The notes under the pieces: generated by a model | What the model was told of the DNA's origin: nothing | What the model saw: the letters and a program-made list of their open reading frames with translations, nothing else | Databases searched by the model: none | Assembly (NCBI GenBank): GCA_023213395.1 | Contig: CM041465.1 | Coordinates: forward strand, 141,057,741-141,121,740 | Direction: 5' to 3' | Origin: Cycas panzhihuaensis | Lineage: Eukaryota > Plantae > Cycadophyta | DNA: 64,000 nt | Part shown: in pieces, positions 36,358 to 50,900 of the stretch | How positions within the stretch are numbered: the stretch's first letter is position 1 | Layout: every line of letters begins with the position of its first letter | Translations under genes and position numbers: made by a program

Positions 36358-39300
36358 GATAGGGAAAAATATAATTTAAACCCACATTCTACATATTAAC
36401 TTTATTGGGTTCAATAAACCTAATTAAAGGTTTTGTTTACCTAAGATTTTTACAGTTTTATTATGTTAATCCTTCTAAATAACTAAGCTAAAATTCTCCA
36501 AAGACATCTCAAACTATGCATAGAGAGAAGATACAATAATAACATTATGTCAACCTATATGCATGAAATACCCATTGAAGAGATGCCTTTGATCTATGAT
36601 ATAAAGGTGAATCAATCCTTGAAATTCTAGCTTGATATTAGGAAAGGAAGCAAGTTAAGCATATATCAACATGGGAAGAAACAAGAAGGGAAGATCGATC
36701 CTATAAGTTAAACTAAGAAGTTAGTTCTTAGTAAGACCTAAACAAGAAGAGCAAATGGAAAAGAAGAAATCAAAGTAAACAAGTATAAGATGTTGCAAGT
36801 GAAAAGAGTATTATTTACATGATAAATATATGTAAGAGATACATCAATCCAAACCAACAAAATAGATCAACAAGATATGATGATAATAACTTTAATGATA
36901 GACCAAGATGAGAGGATCAAAGAACCTATAAGAAAAGTGATATAAAGAACTATAAACAATTCTAAAATAAGCATAAAATGGGAGTGATATTTGATGACCA
37001 ATAAGAGAAGCATAGCTATAGCAAAAAAATGTAAACAAAAAGAACAACACAAGCTAAAACAAGTGATAATACTTACCTCAAAAGTTGAAATAGAATAGGG
37101 AAAAAGGAGATAAAGAAATTGAGAGAAACAATAACAAAAGAAATCTTAATAAACACCACTTATTATCATTTTATTATTGGAATAAAATGAGAATAAAAGA
37201 AATGACAAAAGCAACAAAAGGAAATGCAATTAAAGCCAAATAAAAGAACCCTTTATATCCCTCTAAGAAACAACTTATAGAAAGGGAAGAAGAAGATATG
37301 TCTTTAAGCTTGAAATTCATAAAAATAATAAGTCAAAAGAGAGCATGAAAGCTTGCAAACAATAACCTAGAGTAAAAGCCCCAAAAGTTAAAAAGTTGGC
37401 AATAATAGCCAAGAGGCCTAAAGATCTTAACCCAATTAGAGGAAATGAATAAATAGGAAATTTTAGCGTAAAATTTTCACTATAAAACTATGTTATTTTT
37501 ATCCCATAGTATTTTCCACTCCCAATAGGATTTATAAACAAGACAAAGTGAAGTCAAAAATGCAATATTATGATTTTTTTTTCTAGTCATATAGGCGATA
37601 TTATGAAAATTTATTAAATGTCACAATTTTTTAATAGACATTATAGAAACATATTTCAATACCACAAAATAATTTTTATGATATACAATATTTTTCATGG
37701 TATTTGACCAAATTTCATAGTGTAGCAATGTAAAGGTGAAAACTAGTTTAAAAATTACTTAAATAACACTAAAAAAATATAAAGTGATAAGATATTGATA
37801 GAGAGGAATGAGTTAAGTATTTGTAAGTAGTTGAAGACTTTAGACACTACATAGTAAATATTTTATTTGTATTCATAAACATCACTAAAATAAAGATTAG
37901 GGCACAAGCTGGATATATAAAAATTAAGTCACATCAACTATAATAATAAACAAAAATAATAATAATAGCTAGTCATTTTAGAGGCCTATAATCTAGCAAA
38001 CGCATAGGTAATTGATTAGTTCCTGTGTTGTCCTAAATAAAATTATGAGTTCTTTAATTTCTTTTCTTTAGCTCTCATTCAACTTTTCTAGTGGCTCTCA
38101 AGATAAATTTCCTCACTAGTTTGGGGATTTCAATAAACATTAACAAAGAGATAAAGCTTTATAAGGATTCCTCAAGATTTTCTAGCTTTATTAGGTTAAA
38201 GTTGAAGGAAAAGAAAAGTGGACCATTATAACTTAAACTTTTCAAGTGATATGAGGGATGCTTTCCATATATTTGGCTATTGTCTAAGGGGGCCATTAGG
38301 GTATATACCATGTGTCTAGATAATATCACTCCATAGATTGACTTGGATACCACTAGTTAATAAATATCGGTTATTAACCATTAGAGTAGACCCAATTTGC
38401 ATAACATTGGAGATTTTATATATTAAGATATATAGAAAGTAATGTTTACTAAAATAATTATTATGCACAATGTATAGACATGAGGATCAATCAAAGAACT
38501 TATTCCCTAAATTTTAGTTATGGAAGGAAAATAAGATTCAATTTCAAACAAAGGATGGATGCTCCATATTGATCTCCCATCTAAGGTAAATCAATTTAAT
38601 AAGCCCTATCTTCTTGTATGACATTAATAATATGAGAAAAGTATATCCAATAATTGAACATTATAAACTAAGAACTCTAATTTTATTTATGAAATAAATA
38701 TTAAAAATGGGTTGCTTTCATGTAGAGATCAAGCCTATACCTTATTAATTATAGAGAATATTTTAAGAACAAGAATAATATGCCTAAGTAATATAGAGAA
38801 AATTACCCTTGATTGAAAATACTTGGATTCCTTATTTAAAACAAATATAATTATGGTGTCAAGTGAGTGTAATAAGCATCATTTTTAGGATTCCTCATTT
38901 AAAGCAAAACTAATTATGATTGTAGTAATTTCCATATATTCCATAACAAAGAAATATAGGATTATGTAAATGATGATGTCTACTACAACTAACTTATGAA
39001 TAATGGAATGCTCTCACTTACTTGTACTCTAATGAAAAATATCTTGGCAAATTACAATGGTTTTATGGAGGTCATCAGTTTGGTAGACATTAGTGGAAGG
39101 ACTAGGCAAGCATTAAGTGAACTAATTCATGTATATTACTTACATCCATCCCATCAAATTTATTCTCTTTAATGCTAGGACAATTTCGTTGCACATTCAA
39201 GAATGATTACACATTATCTCCGTGCATTTATTTTCTTCAAAAAATCCCTTTTTTTTTACTTTTAAGAATAAGAGAAAATGTAATTACAGAAGAAATGTAT

Positions 39301-40111
39301 TAACATAACTTAAAACCATGCAAAGTGAAAATGGAATAAATAAACCAAATACATAACAAAGAACACTAGGAGATTCTAGTCTAAGCATAGACCTTTTAGT
39401 AATCTAAGTAATAACTAAAAAAATTTAGAGATGAAAACCCCAACTCTCTTCTCATTAACTCATTTAAGACTCATTTAGCCTTTTTACATATGTCATTACA
39501 GAGGAATATATAGATATAAATTCACAAGATACTGGCTAGCTGTTTTATAATACAATAGGCATAAACCATGGACTAAAAAGACCTGCACAAAATAGCCAAA
39601 AAATTTTCTCGGGGGCTCTTACCTCCAAATCCCTACTTGGGGGGATATTAGTCTCCTAAAACTCCTAGTCAAGGGCCTTAACATGGGCCTCCAAACCCCA
39701 CTAAGGAGCTTGGGTCTAATAACTATACCCATGTAATACTTACATAATGTTCAACATATCCAACAAAGAAAAGGGTTATGGGACTATCTAATTTTAATAA
39801 TATTAGTTAATTTTGTAATAACATCTAGTTTCCTTTTACGTTAGCCCTTGTTAGTATTTAATGACTAATGCAATACTTTGATCCTCTAACCTATAAGATA
39901 TCTTGGTCCTAGGAAGCCCTCCTAGCTAAGTATACTTAATCACACCATCTAAATAAACCATAATACATGTGGTATCTAACTTTAATGTATGTAATTCTTA
40001 CCTTATCACTAAGGTCTCAAACATAAAGACAAGCTTGAAAAATCTAAATTTTGATATGAATAAAGACTTACAAGACTTAAAATTAAATCAAAGAAAAATA
40101 TAAGAGGCAAC

Positions 40112-43100
40112 TGTTGGGGTTAATTCTTATCACCCCACTCCCACCTTCCAACTATGAGTGCACACCTCACTATCATCAATTTACATATGTGGGTGCTTAT
40201 ATGTGTAGGTAAGTATAAGGTGAGGTTGATTTGATTTAAGTTAATTTAAGCTAAGTTCATTTGAGTTAAGTTAAGTTATATTTTATGGCTATTTAAATTT
40301 TAGGGGTTGAGGAGTTTCCGTCCTCCCCCAAACTATATATTTTGAGGGGTGTGCAACCTTGGTATCTTTAGACATTGCCTACTTTTGGACATTTGTAATG
40401 CTCTCTCTCAAATAATAGATTGAATATAAAGGATCTTGTGTTTATGTAATAATGATATATTGATTTATGATTATTTGTTTATGTTCTGCCCTATTCTCCA
40501 TGATTATTTTTCTTACATTTAGTATCAGAGCAGAGATTGTTTGGCTGTTGCATCTCTTATTGAAGCTTTTGTGAAGAGCAAGAAGATTTATTAATATCTG
40601 TAACCGATCTACTGACAAGCTAGCAAATATTGGTCATATTCCTTTTTCTGCAAAGTTTATTAGCAAGTTTATTGTATTTTTTATTAAAGATTTAATTATT
40701 CTTAAGTTCTACTTGTAAAATAACAAATATATTTCAATTTTTTTTCAAATTTGTGCAGGTGCATAGCTGCAAATAGTAAATATCAAGTTTTTATCAATCT
40801 ATAGAGGTTTTATCAATAAGTTTCACATGTTTATCATATATTTGACTATTTTCAAGCACATTTTTATCTATTTATTTAATATTTTTTTAGATATATGTAG
40901 AAGCACAGCTGCAAGCAATATTTATTCATGTTTTTCTTTAGATCTACTATATATTCTTCAGATCTTCTTATTTTATCAAATATTTTATCATTTTCTGGTT
41001 TATTTTGTTTATATCTACAATATTTATTTCAGATCTGTAATATATTCTTCAGATCTGTAATATATTCTTTAGATCTGTAATATTTTCTCTAGATTTGCAT
41101 ATTTTATCATATATTTGACTATTTTTTCAAGTCCTTCTTTTAGATCTGTGCAAGTTTTGGTGTATATTCAGCCTAACAAGTCATATTATAATAGATCTGT
41201 GTACTAGAAGAATCTAAAGTCAACCTGCTACAAATCTGTTACAGCTGCATTACCAGGTTCTTCATTTTTTTTAGATTTAAAAATATATATATTTCTTGGG
41301 TCTTTGATACATCTACTCTAGTATATTTGAAAGATTTCAGATACAAATATATATACTTCTTATTTATTTGATAAATTTTTCATCGGTATATTTAATAGAT
41401 CTGGTCTCTTGGCCTTTGTTGTATGCCTATATTCTTTCGTTAAATGTTTTTTACTATTATTATTTGAGAGAATTTTTTTATGATACCATCTGGGTTAGAG
41501 CCTGAGAGCTTCCATCCTTTTATAAATATTTTTTTTCTATACATATATATATATATATATATATTCTTTTTCATCAAACATAGGGTACTTAGCAAATTTT
41601 TGTTGTAACTTCTCATTGGGTCATTAATTTTTGACGAAACCTATCCCATTGTGTCTATAATTTTTTGAGGTGTGATTTCTACTAGTCATATAAACTATTT
41701 GGAGCTAATTTAACCTATTTTTAGTTAATTTAAAGTCAGTCATTCATTTTCAAAGTTGTTTTAAACCATTTTTTATAAAAACCCTTTTTCATTAAATTAT
41801 ATTTTATCACCAGGTGATTATTTTCTACTTGGATCTATTCTGCAGTTATCTACCATCAAAAAAATTCATCATCATCTATTTATTCTATTTTTTAGAATTT
41901 ATTTTAATCATTATTTTAATCAACCAAAGTGACACTTTAGTGTTTTTTAGCACTTTTTAAACATTTTTACCATAAAAGTACTTGTTACCAATTTTAGTAT
42001 AACTTTTCTGTTTTACATCAGAATTCAATTCTGTCAGTTTCATTGGGAAGCTAACTCACTCCTCTTCAAACTTACACTATTTTCTATAAGTTTTAAAATG
42101 TTTTCTTTTGATTTTCAAAGCCATCAAAGTTGAGGTATTTAATAGCCTCCAATCTTCCATTATTACACATTTTTTATATATTATTTCTGAAAGGTTTCAA
42201 TTGAAAAGTATATTGAGTAGCCTTATAAACTCTAATTAATTATTTTACAGTATTCTACAAGTATTTTATTAGCATTTTTATAATATTTTGATCCCAAGAG
42301 TCCTATTAAGCCTTAAAAAGAGGACTGTACCTTTGATTCATTAAATCTTGACTTATAGGAACCTGTTTTTAAAATCGTTAGTTCCATTGAATAGTTTCTT
42401 CATTGATCTTCATTCTAGTAAAGTTTCACTTTATTCTGACATTGTTTAGTACAACTTTGAAGCTACTAAACTTGAGCATTTAAGTATATTCTAACAGAAA
42501 TTAATCATCAAGCAAGTGATAAGCCAATTGGACCTGCAACTTATTTGAAATTTTATCTGAAATTAGATCTTATAAGTTTGTCCTTTATTTGAAATGCATT
42601 TTATTTATTCATGTTGAAAAGATCATTCACTTTGCATTTACATTCCAAGGCATTTTTTCATTTTCAAAGGGCATTACATTTCTTTCGAAGAGAATATTTG
42701 ACATCATATAAGTTTATTAATTTATTAAGGTCTTTGACTTGGTAAAAGCATATTTTTCTATGTACTAAAGTTTTTAGTAAAATAATAATCAATCTTAATA
42801 AAGAATAATTTCCTATATTTGATGGCCATAATTTTTCATTGTGGCATAAGACTATGCAAAATTATTTTATTACATATGATCTTTGGTGTTACCTACAAGA
42901 TGAGTATGATGCTAATATTAAGGAAAACATTTAAAAAGACAATGAAGCATTAGCTTTACTATTTTGCACTATAGATGATGATGTCTTTTCTAGAATTTAT
43001 GAACTAACAACTTCTAAATCTATGTGGGACATATTGATTTCTACTTATGAGGGAGATACCTTCAATGAATTTAACATTGATTTTGTTGAGCATGTGAGAC

Positions 43101-43895
43101 AGGTGCTAGAACAAGTGGTTTGTAATGACAAGACTAAGGAAGATTTAAGTCAAATTCATGATCATCTTGCTGTACAAGAACCTAATCCTCTATTTGAAGG
43201 GGAGAGATATGATGATATGATAGTTGTTCATAACACAAAGTTTTTAGAAGATAAAGTTCAAGCTTAAAGTTTTCTTAAAGTTCCAGTTGACAAAGTTAAA
43301 GTTGTGGCCACATATTCACATTTGAATCAAGCTTCATTTACTTACAGATTTTTTACACCATTCAATGGTGAAGACACATACATTACTATAAAGATGAAGC
43401 AAGTTGATAATGATCAAGCCAAAAGATAAATCTTTAAAGTTTTTTTCAAATACAAATTCCACAAGTTTAAAGAGAAGATATTGTTTGTGATGATTATTAA
43501 GGGGGAGAATTTTGGGATTAATGCTCATCACCCCACTCCCATCTTTCAACCAGGAGTGCACACCTCACTATCATGAATTTACATATGTGGGTGCTCACAT
43601 ATGTAGGTAAGTATAAGGTAATGTTGATTTGATTTAAGTTAATTTGAGTTAAGTTATATTTTATTGCTATTTAAATTTTAGAGGTTGAGGAGTTTCCCTC
43701 CTCCTCCAAACTATATATTTTGAGGGGTGTGTAACCCTAGTGTCTTTAGACACTGGCTACTTTTGGATCTTTGTAATGCTCTCTCTCAAATAATGGATTG
43801 AATACAAAGGATCGTGTGTTTATGCAATAATGATGTATTGATCTATGATTATTTGTTTATGTTCTATCTTATTCTCCATGATTATTTTTCCTACA
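40112..43895 (+). mobile_element. Non-autonomous copia-derived LTR element, relative of 21056-26265 (3784 bp)
   Basis: LTRs 40112-40517 and 43510-43895; TSD gcaac; PBS tagtatcagagc 40520-40531; PPT aagggggagaa 43499-43509; internal homology to 22270-23480 and 25100-25790. Confidence 0.95.
42800..43498 (+). pseudogene. Gag-N/acidic/YKFHKFKE fusion ORF (~230 codons, one frame, only TAA stops)
   Basis: FPIFDGHNFSLW...KDNEALALL...SKSMWDILISTYEG...HLNQAS...KVFFKYKFHKFKEKI. Confidence 0.8.
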
Positions 43896-45426
43896 GCAAC
43901 ATATAAAATTAATAAAAATAATAAAACCTAAAATTAATAACCTTGATAAGAAAACTCAAAAAATTAATAACCTTATGCTCAAGTAAACAAAGGTTAGGCC
44001 AGTTAAAGCACTCGAGATAATCCCTAGAAAATAATATTTTATAAGGTAAACTAAAATTATAAGATAATATTTCCCATTATATATGTGATGGTTAGGTAGG
44101 CCTAGAAGAATAAATCTCCAAGTTGGAAAGTACCTTTATAGATACAAAATTTATTATTAAAAGAATATAAGGAATCATATGGAGTATAGAATACATGAAA
44201 GGGTAAAACCAAAAACTGATATAGTGGTGGTGTTGATGAATATTAGGGTCTTTAGAACCCATGAATTTATAGGCAAGGATTGAGTAAAAATTACTCAATA
44301 TCTACTACTAATTAGCATTAAGAAATTCTAGAATATTTGTCACTAACATCTATCGACTAGGTGTGGCTAATGTTGCCAACATAATCACCACCAAACCTTA
44401 GGTTGATATCAGCCAATATGAGACCTAATGGGTATTATTTTAGTATTTCTCCTCCATAATGTATATTTAGGGAGACTCCAAGTTTATCTCTATATTTGTT
44501 AAACTTTATCTTTCCAAGTACCTTAGAGAATATGTTTTCCACCTAATGTTAATGTTGTAGTAGTTTAATTCAATCTCACCTTGCTGAACTAGTTCCCTGA
44601 TGAAGTGATATTGTGTTTTGATATCCTTTGTCCTACCATGAAACATTAGATTTTGAGTCATCTGAATGGTGCTTTGATTATCACAAAGAATCTATGTCAG
44701 ACTAACTTGTTCTTTTTGTAAATCCTGGAGTAATCTTCTCAGTTAAACTATCTTATAAGCTCCTACTATAGTTGCATTATACCTTGCTTCTATTGTAGAT
44801 AAATATATTGTAGCTTATTTCTTTGAACATTATGCAATTGCAACTAAACCTAAATAAAAAGTATAACCAAAGGTAGATTTCCTATCATCTACATAACCTG
44901 CCGAGTCTGAGTCTATATAACCAATCAACCTGTAGTCCCTTGATGACATATAGTATAACTCATGTCTAACTATACCTTTTAAATAACTAAGAATTCTCTT
45001 TCCTTCTTTTCAATGTGTCATTTTAGGCTCATGCATGAATCTAGAAACTATATTAATGACATACATGATATCTAGTCAAGTTGAAGTTAAGTAAATTAAA
45101 CTTATAATTAATTTCCTAAAGTTCATAGAGGATAGAGTAGAGTAATAGAACATAATATTTCAATCCATTTCAAGCCATATTAGAAACAATAACAAATTTT
45201 CATTGATAAGTGGTATTTACTAACACTAAAGGTATTATATCCCATAAATTATAGTTTACGAGGTAGGTGGGAGCCTATCTCAACCTCAAAATTTAAATAA
45301 TAAAATATTAATAAAATAAATAATAAAATATATTTACTGTTATTGTTAATGACTCGTATAGTCCCAATGTACCATAGTTAGGTAATGGACATTAAATCCT
45401 AACATTTACATCCATAATGTTCATTA

Positions 45427-45752
45427 TGTTAGAGCATGTGACATTAACTATCACAAGGAAGTCCTCTTCCCAAACCACCTTAGGGCTTTTGGTGTAACGG
45501 CAACCTGTGACAAGTGGTATCAGAGTGACCAAGGTTCAAAACAGGTCTTGTGTACCATGGTAGTGCACCCAGAGATATGTGAAGGTGTTTACTATGTGGC
45601 ACCGATGAATGCTATGGTGGACATGTATTGTCATGTAGGTACAATTGACTCCTTATAATAGGGGAGTGTTGGAGCGCGTGATGCTAATTATCACAAGGAA
45701 TTCCTCTTCCCAAATCACCCTGGGGCTTTTGGTATAACGACAACCTATGATA
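45427..45752 (+). mobile_element. TRIM (miniature LTR retrotransposon), 326 bp
   Basis: 86-bp LTRs 45427-45512 and 45667-45752; PBS tggtatcagag 45515-45525; PPT aggggag 45660-45666; TSD catta (45422-45426, 45753-45757). Confidence 0.95.
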
Positions 45753-45759
45753 CATTATA

Positions 45760-46457
45760 TACAACTCTAAGATTTTCCTTGAATTTATGGAACTTGTACT
45801 TTAGAAAAAAACTTTAAGAAAGAGATTGAGCATTTGGTCTTTTACTTTGTCACCATCTTATATTGAAGTCTTTACAATGTAGTCCTCTTCAATAATATAT
45901 GGCTCATGTGGTTTCCAAGTTTGTCTTAGTAGGACAAAGTTGACTTGATTTAAATGAGTAGGGGTGGCTTCATTAGGATCTTTGTCTTCTTCATCATTTA
46001 CATTGAAGTAATTATCAACTTTATTAGAGTCATCAATGGTACATATAATATTATCCAATACATCATTATTAATCTGCTCTAATATTTGTCCTACATATAA
46101 AACATTATCAACATATTTAGTTTCTTCTAATTCTATAGTGACCCCCCCATAAACCAATTCTAAAGTATCCCATGTATTCTTGGATGTGGTTATTTCATTT
46201 ATGCTAGAGAACATCTAATTATCTAATGCATAAAATATTAAACCTAGAGTCTCATTATCTTTCTTTACAGTTTCTTTAAATATTTGTTCTTCCTCTAAAG
46301 TAGAATTGACACTTAAGTCATGGTAATTATCATTTAAATAATTCCAAAGATTTTCAGTAATAAAGAGTGATTTCATCAAATTTCTCCAAAGTAAAAAATT
46401 AGTATCATCAAATAAAGGAATTATTATGTCATCAAGATAAATTGTCATTATAAACAC
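45760..46457 (-). pseudogene. Gag-N/acidic/YKFHKFKE fusion ORF of the 45117 element
   Basis: IPLFDDTNFLLW...KKDNETLGLI...TSKNTWDTLELVYGG...HLNQVN...LKYKFHKFKENL. Confidence 0.8.
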
Positions 46458-47855
46458 TTTGATACATAATATGTGATCTTATTAATTAGGCAAGATTCCT
46501 TTTCACATCTAATAAGAAAAAAACTTGAGATTGACATGTAATACAACATTTTTTTCATAAAAACTTTCAAATGGATACTAACAAGATTCCTTCTTAACAA
46601 ATAAGGAAGATAACTTGATAATGAGATGAAAAGTATATCTCTTTTAAATAAAACAATGCAAGATAAATGTTCTCATTTTTAAATGAAATAAATATAAAAC
46701 CAATAATCTTTTTAACATGATATAAGTAAACCTTAAAATAGTATAAAGTGGAAGGAAAATGAAGGTCTATGAATGAGCTTATAATTATGTAATAGAATGC
46801 ACCTTATTTGATCTTTTAAGTGCAATAAAGATGGCTTTAAATCAACTTTTAAAATATTTTACTAATAAAGCAAAAGTAACTCTTAAATAAGCAAAAACAG
46901 AGCTAAATTTAGCTTCAATATATAGATGAATAAACTGAAAATAAATGAGCAATAAGTATACTTTTATATGGGCCCTTTCAAGTTGTAAAAAGATGCAAAG
47001 TATATTTTAAATCTAGCCTTTAAATGTATACTTTTATCTTAGCCTTAAATGCACTTGAAATATGCCTTTAAAAGAAGCAAGTTGACTTTTAAATAAGCAA
47101 AAAGTAAAGTATTTGATCTAAGAAATAAAGTGGTAGCTTTAAAATAAAATATTAAGGGTTTAGAAGGTGCTTATCTGTGAGAATGGAGTCCAAGGGTGTC
47201 CCTCTCCTTTAGGAGGCTAAATTTGACTAAAAAATTATAAGAAATTATATGTGAGCCTTTAAAATCAAATAAAAGTAGTCAACAATATATTAGTGTCTCA
47301 ATAGCATATAAGTATGCTAAGATAAAATAAAAAAGGAGCTCAAAATAACTAACAAGATGACAAACGTGGGTCAACTAGAAGGGTTGACTTTAGTAACCTT
47401 AAAACCTTAAAAAATAACTTCAAATCTTACTAAAGTAACTTCAGTATATAGATAATCAAAATATCTTTCCAAAAGATCTAGTCATTCAGAAAATGGACTC
47501 CTAGATCAAAAGTTATAATTAAAATTATATAAGGACCTCTTTAAGGTAAAAAATGAAAAAGGAGTGGGGTTAAGCCCCTTAGGCAAGTTAACCTCTTATC
47601 ACTTGAGGCTAATAAAACCACCTGCTAGGGTCCAAAGGGGGCTAGTGGATTTGAAAATTTATAGGAAATTCTTAAATTCTTTTACAACCAAAATTATAAA
47701 AGATAGTGAATTAAATTTTAGAATCCACCCCTTTAACCAACAGGTCATAGTCATATGAGACATAATAAGACTGAAAGATGGGGGACTAAATGGCGCTACA
47801 CAGATCAAATTTGAAATATTATATAATAGAATTAAATTAAATATAAACTATGTGA

Positions 47856-47868
<13 letters not shown>

Positions 47869-47951
<83 letters not shown>
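47869..47951. repeat. (TA)~41 microsatellite
   Basis: Direct reading. Confidence 0.95.
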
Positions 47952-47954
<3 letters not shown>

Positions 47955-50900
47955 CAAATAATAAATGATGATGGGAATTTTATAAAACCATGTACAAGCT
48001 AAGGTTCTAGAGGAGATTTGTGACAAAAGAAGAGACAAAATCTCAAATCGTCTTCACTACTGAGAAGAGAACTCAAATATAAATAGAATAACAAGTCATA
48101 TGCCATAGTTTTATCAAACCATCAATGAGCTATAATGGTTTAAAAAAAAAACTTTTTCTTAGAACTTTGAAAAAAGATGAATATTGCTTGAAACCTTTTC
48201 CTTCTCAGATTCCTGATATAAACCAACCATGTCCTTTTAGCCAAAGATCACATACATAAATGTATTTCTAATATATGAATATTTTTTAAAACAATATATA
48301 AAAACTAGAGAGCTTACTATTCCAACTTCTTCGCTATAATATATGAATATATTTTAGGAAAAATATGAAAAACTAGAGAGGTTACCATAGTGCCTTCTTC
48401 GTTACAGCCTTAGATCAACTAAATCTTGCTTTAGAGGTATTAATGACTAAAATATGCTAGTAGAGGTATAGATTTAGAATAAGAGCACATCAAATAAATA
48501 ACCTGGAGGATGAAATGACAACAACAATGAATGTGTTGGAGAGCTTCTAAAAATGGATATTAGAACCAAGCTTATTAGATTGGAACTACCAGATATAGGG
48601 GACCAATGAATGGTGACAAGGTTGAGACATCAATATGATTTGAAGTACCATAAAGTATATGAGAGCAGGAGTCAGTCATGATGTTGCCATGCAGATGGAG
48701 GATACAGATGGAGTAGCGAACATATAAACATTAAAGGAATTAATAGTCAACAACTAATATTAAAAAACTCTGTTCAACCTTACTACAATTTAAAAATTTA
48801 CCTCATATTTTGGTGTTTTCATTAAAATGTATTGCCTATATCTTTGAGTTGAGATGAGGTAGGCTGTGGTGAATGTAAACATCATACTAGAGCTTTAAAT
48901 GCAGCTGACTGAAGATAAACTATTCACATGGATAAACACCAAGTATGCAACTCCCTTCATAGAAACACCTCTCTAAGAATTATTGTAGATGTTGAGATGC
49001 CTAAGCAGGCAGATTCTAGAAGCCCTTCTGAAGGCTTTCTTATAGAAAAATACCCCAACACGAAAACATATTAGATGAGAGACAAATATAACATAGCCTT
49101 CTCACAAGTTTGAAATATAACACCACAAGTTAATCGGCCAAATTTGAATTCAAGTGAATGTGACAACTTCATAGATTTCGAAGTGGGTGAGTAGATTATG
49201 ATCATAGCACAATGAGTTAACCACATTAAACTAGAGAGATACTTGAATCAACTACATGAATTAGTTGGCTCTGATACCAAATGAAGATTGTAGGGGATGG
49301 AGCAGAGTATTAGAATACAATATTTTAATCCATTTCAACCCATATTTAAAATATTAATAATTTTTCATTGATAGGTGGTGTTGATTAACACCGAGGGTAT
49401 TATAACCCATAAAATATAGTTTGGGAGGTGGGAAAGAGCCCACCTCAACCTCAAAATTCAAATAATAATATATACTTACCATTACATTTACTATTACCAT
49501 TGATGACTCACATAATCCCAATGCACCATAGTTAAGCAATAAACATTAAATCCTAATATTGCTTATAGATTGTAGGGTCAACTATTTCTAATTCCTCAAA
49601 CTTTAATAACTTCATCCTAACTTCATGTGGTGTCGCAAGTAGTTTGCAACTACTCATGTTAAACTTGTGCAATAAGTCTAGTGTATATTTCCTTTGGGAA
49701 ATAAATATCTAATTTTCATCTTGCCAAACTTCTTAGTCTAAGAAGTAATGCATTAGTTGCAAATCTATCATTTTAAACTCCTTGCATATATCATATTTAA
49801 ATCTTTGGGTCAAATAAATATCATTCCTAGTGTATATAAGGTCATCAACATATAAGCCCATAATAAGCATTGAGATTTTTCTATATTGATATATAAATTT
49901 AGATTAGACTGACTCCTTTAGAACCTTTTATCCTTAAAGTACTTGTCAATCCTAGAGTACCATGCTCTAGGTATTTATTTAAGTCCTTCTTAAGTTTATA
50001 GACCTTATTTTCTTCCCCCTTTACTTCAGAACCATTTAGTTATTGGATATATATTTCTTCTTCTATATAACCATTTAGAAAAGTACTTTTAACATCCATT
50101 TGTTGAATTGTCCTATATTGTTGTGTTGTTAAAGCTATCATTAAATGAACTATCTCAAGTCTTATAATTGGTGTAAAAGTCTCATTGTATTTTATCCCTT
50201 CAACTTAGGCATAGCCTTTTGCAACTAATCTTGCCTTATTTTTATCAATTATTCTATATCATCTATATTAGGTCTTATAAACCCACTTAGTTCTAATTGC
50301 ATGCTTATTTAGTAAGAGATCTACTAATTCCCATGTATCATTTCTTACTAAGGTATTATACTCATACTTCATAGCTTCTCTCCATTCATCTTGTAAATTA
50401 GTCTCTTCAAAGTTATGAGGCTCATTTGACTCTATCACTTGAGTCATTTAAGAAAAAATTACCCTTTAAGATCTAGTAGTTCTTCTCTCAAAGTTGCTAT
50501 CCAAAATGTTTGAATGGTCATGTGCACTTCGAACCTATTTAGGAACCCCTTGATTTGATGTGGAGGGTCATGTTTCATTTAAATGAGGTACATCTATACC
50601 CTTAAAACTTCTTCTTCATAACATTCATCTTCTTTGAAGATGACATCCCTACTTATAGTTATCTTCTTATCTTTTGGGTCAGAGAGTTTATAAGATTTAG
50701 AAGTACCATTGTATCTTATAAAATTACATTTGGTGCTCTTATCATACAACTTGGTTTTCTTCTAATCTAGAATATATGTAAAGGCTATGTATCAAAAAAT
50801 CTTTAAGTGTTTTATACTTGGCTTATAACACATCCAAGTTTCTTCTAGAGTGACTTACTTAATAGCCTTGGTAGTAGGGTTATTTAATAAATAAACTACC

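Larger units (their letters stand above)
45117..49558 (-). mobile_element. Third non-autonomous copia-derived element nested in the copia RT
   Basis: LTRs 45117-45404 and 49282-49558; PBS gctctgatacca 49268-49279; degraded TSD tttcc/ttgct; host RT VDPTIY|RKLI restored on removal. Confidence 0.9.

Noticed and set aside
36360-40110. Further LTR/PBS-like remnants (tggtatcc on the minus strand at ~38345; gggggctc...cccc motifs at 39610-39720)
   Set aside because: Too decayed to fix boundaries or family by eye
41031-41100. Regularly spaced direct repeats suggestive of a CRISPR-like array
   Set aside because: Simple 20-bp tandem repeat without unique spacers, in eukaryotic TE context
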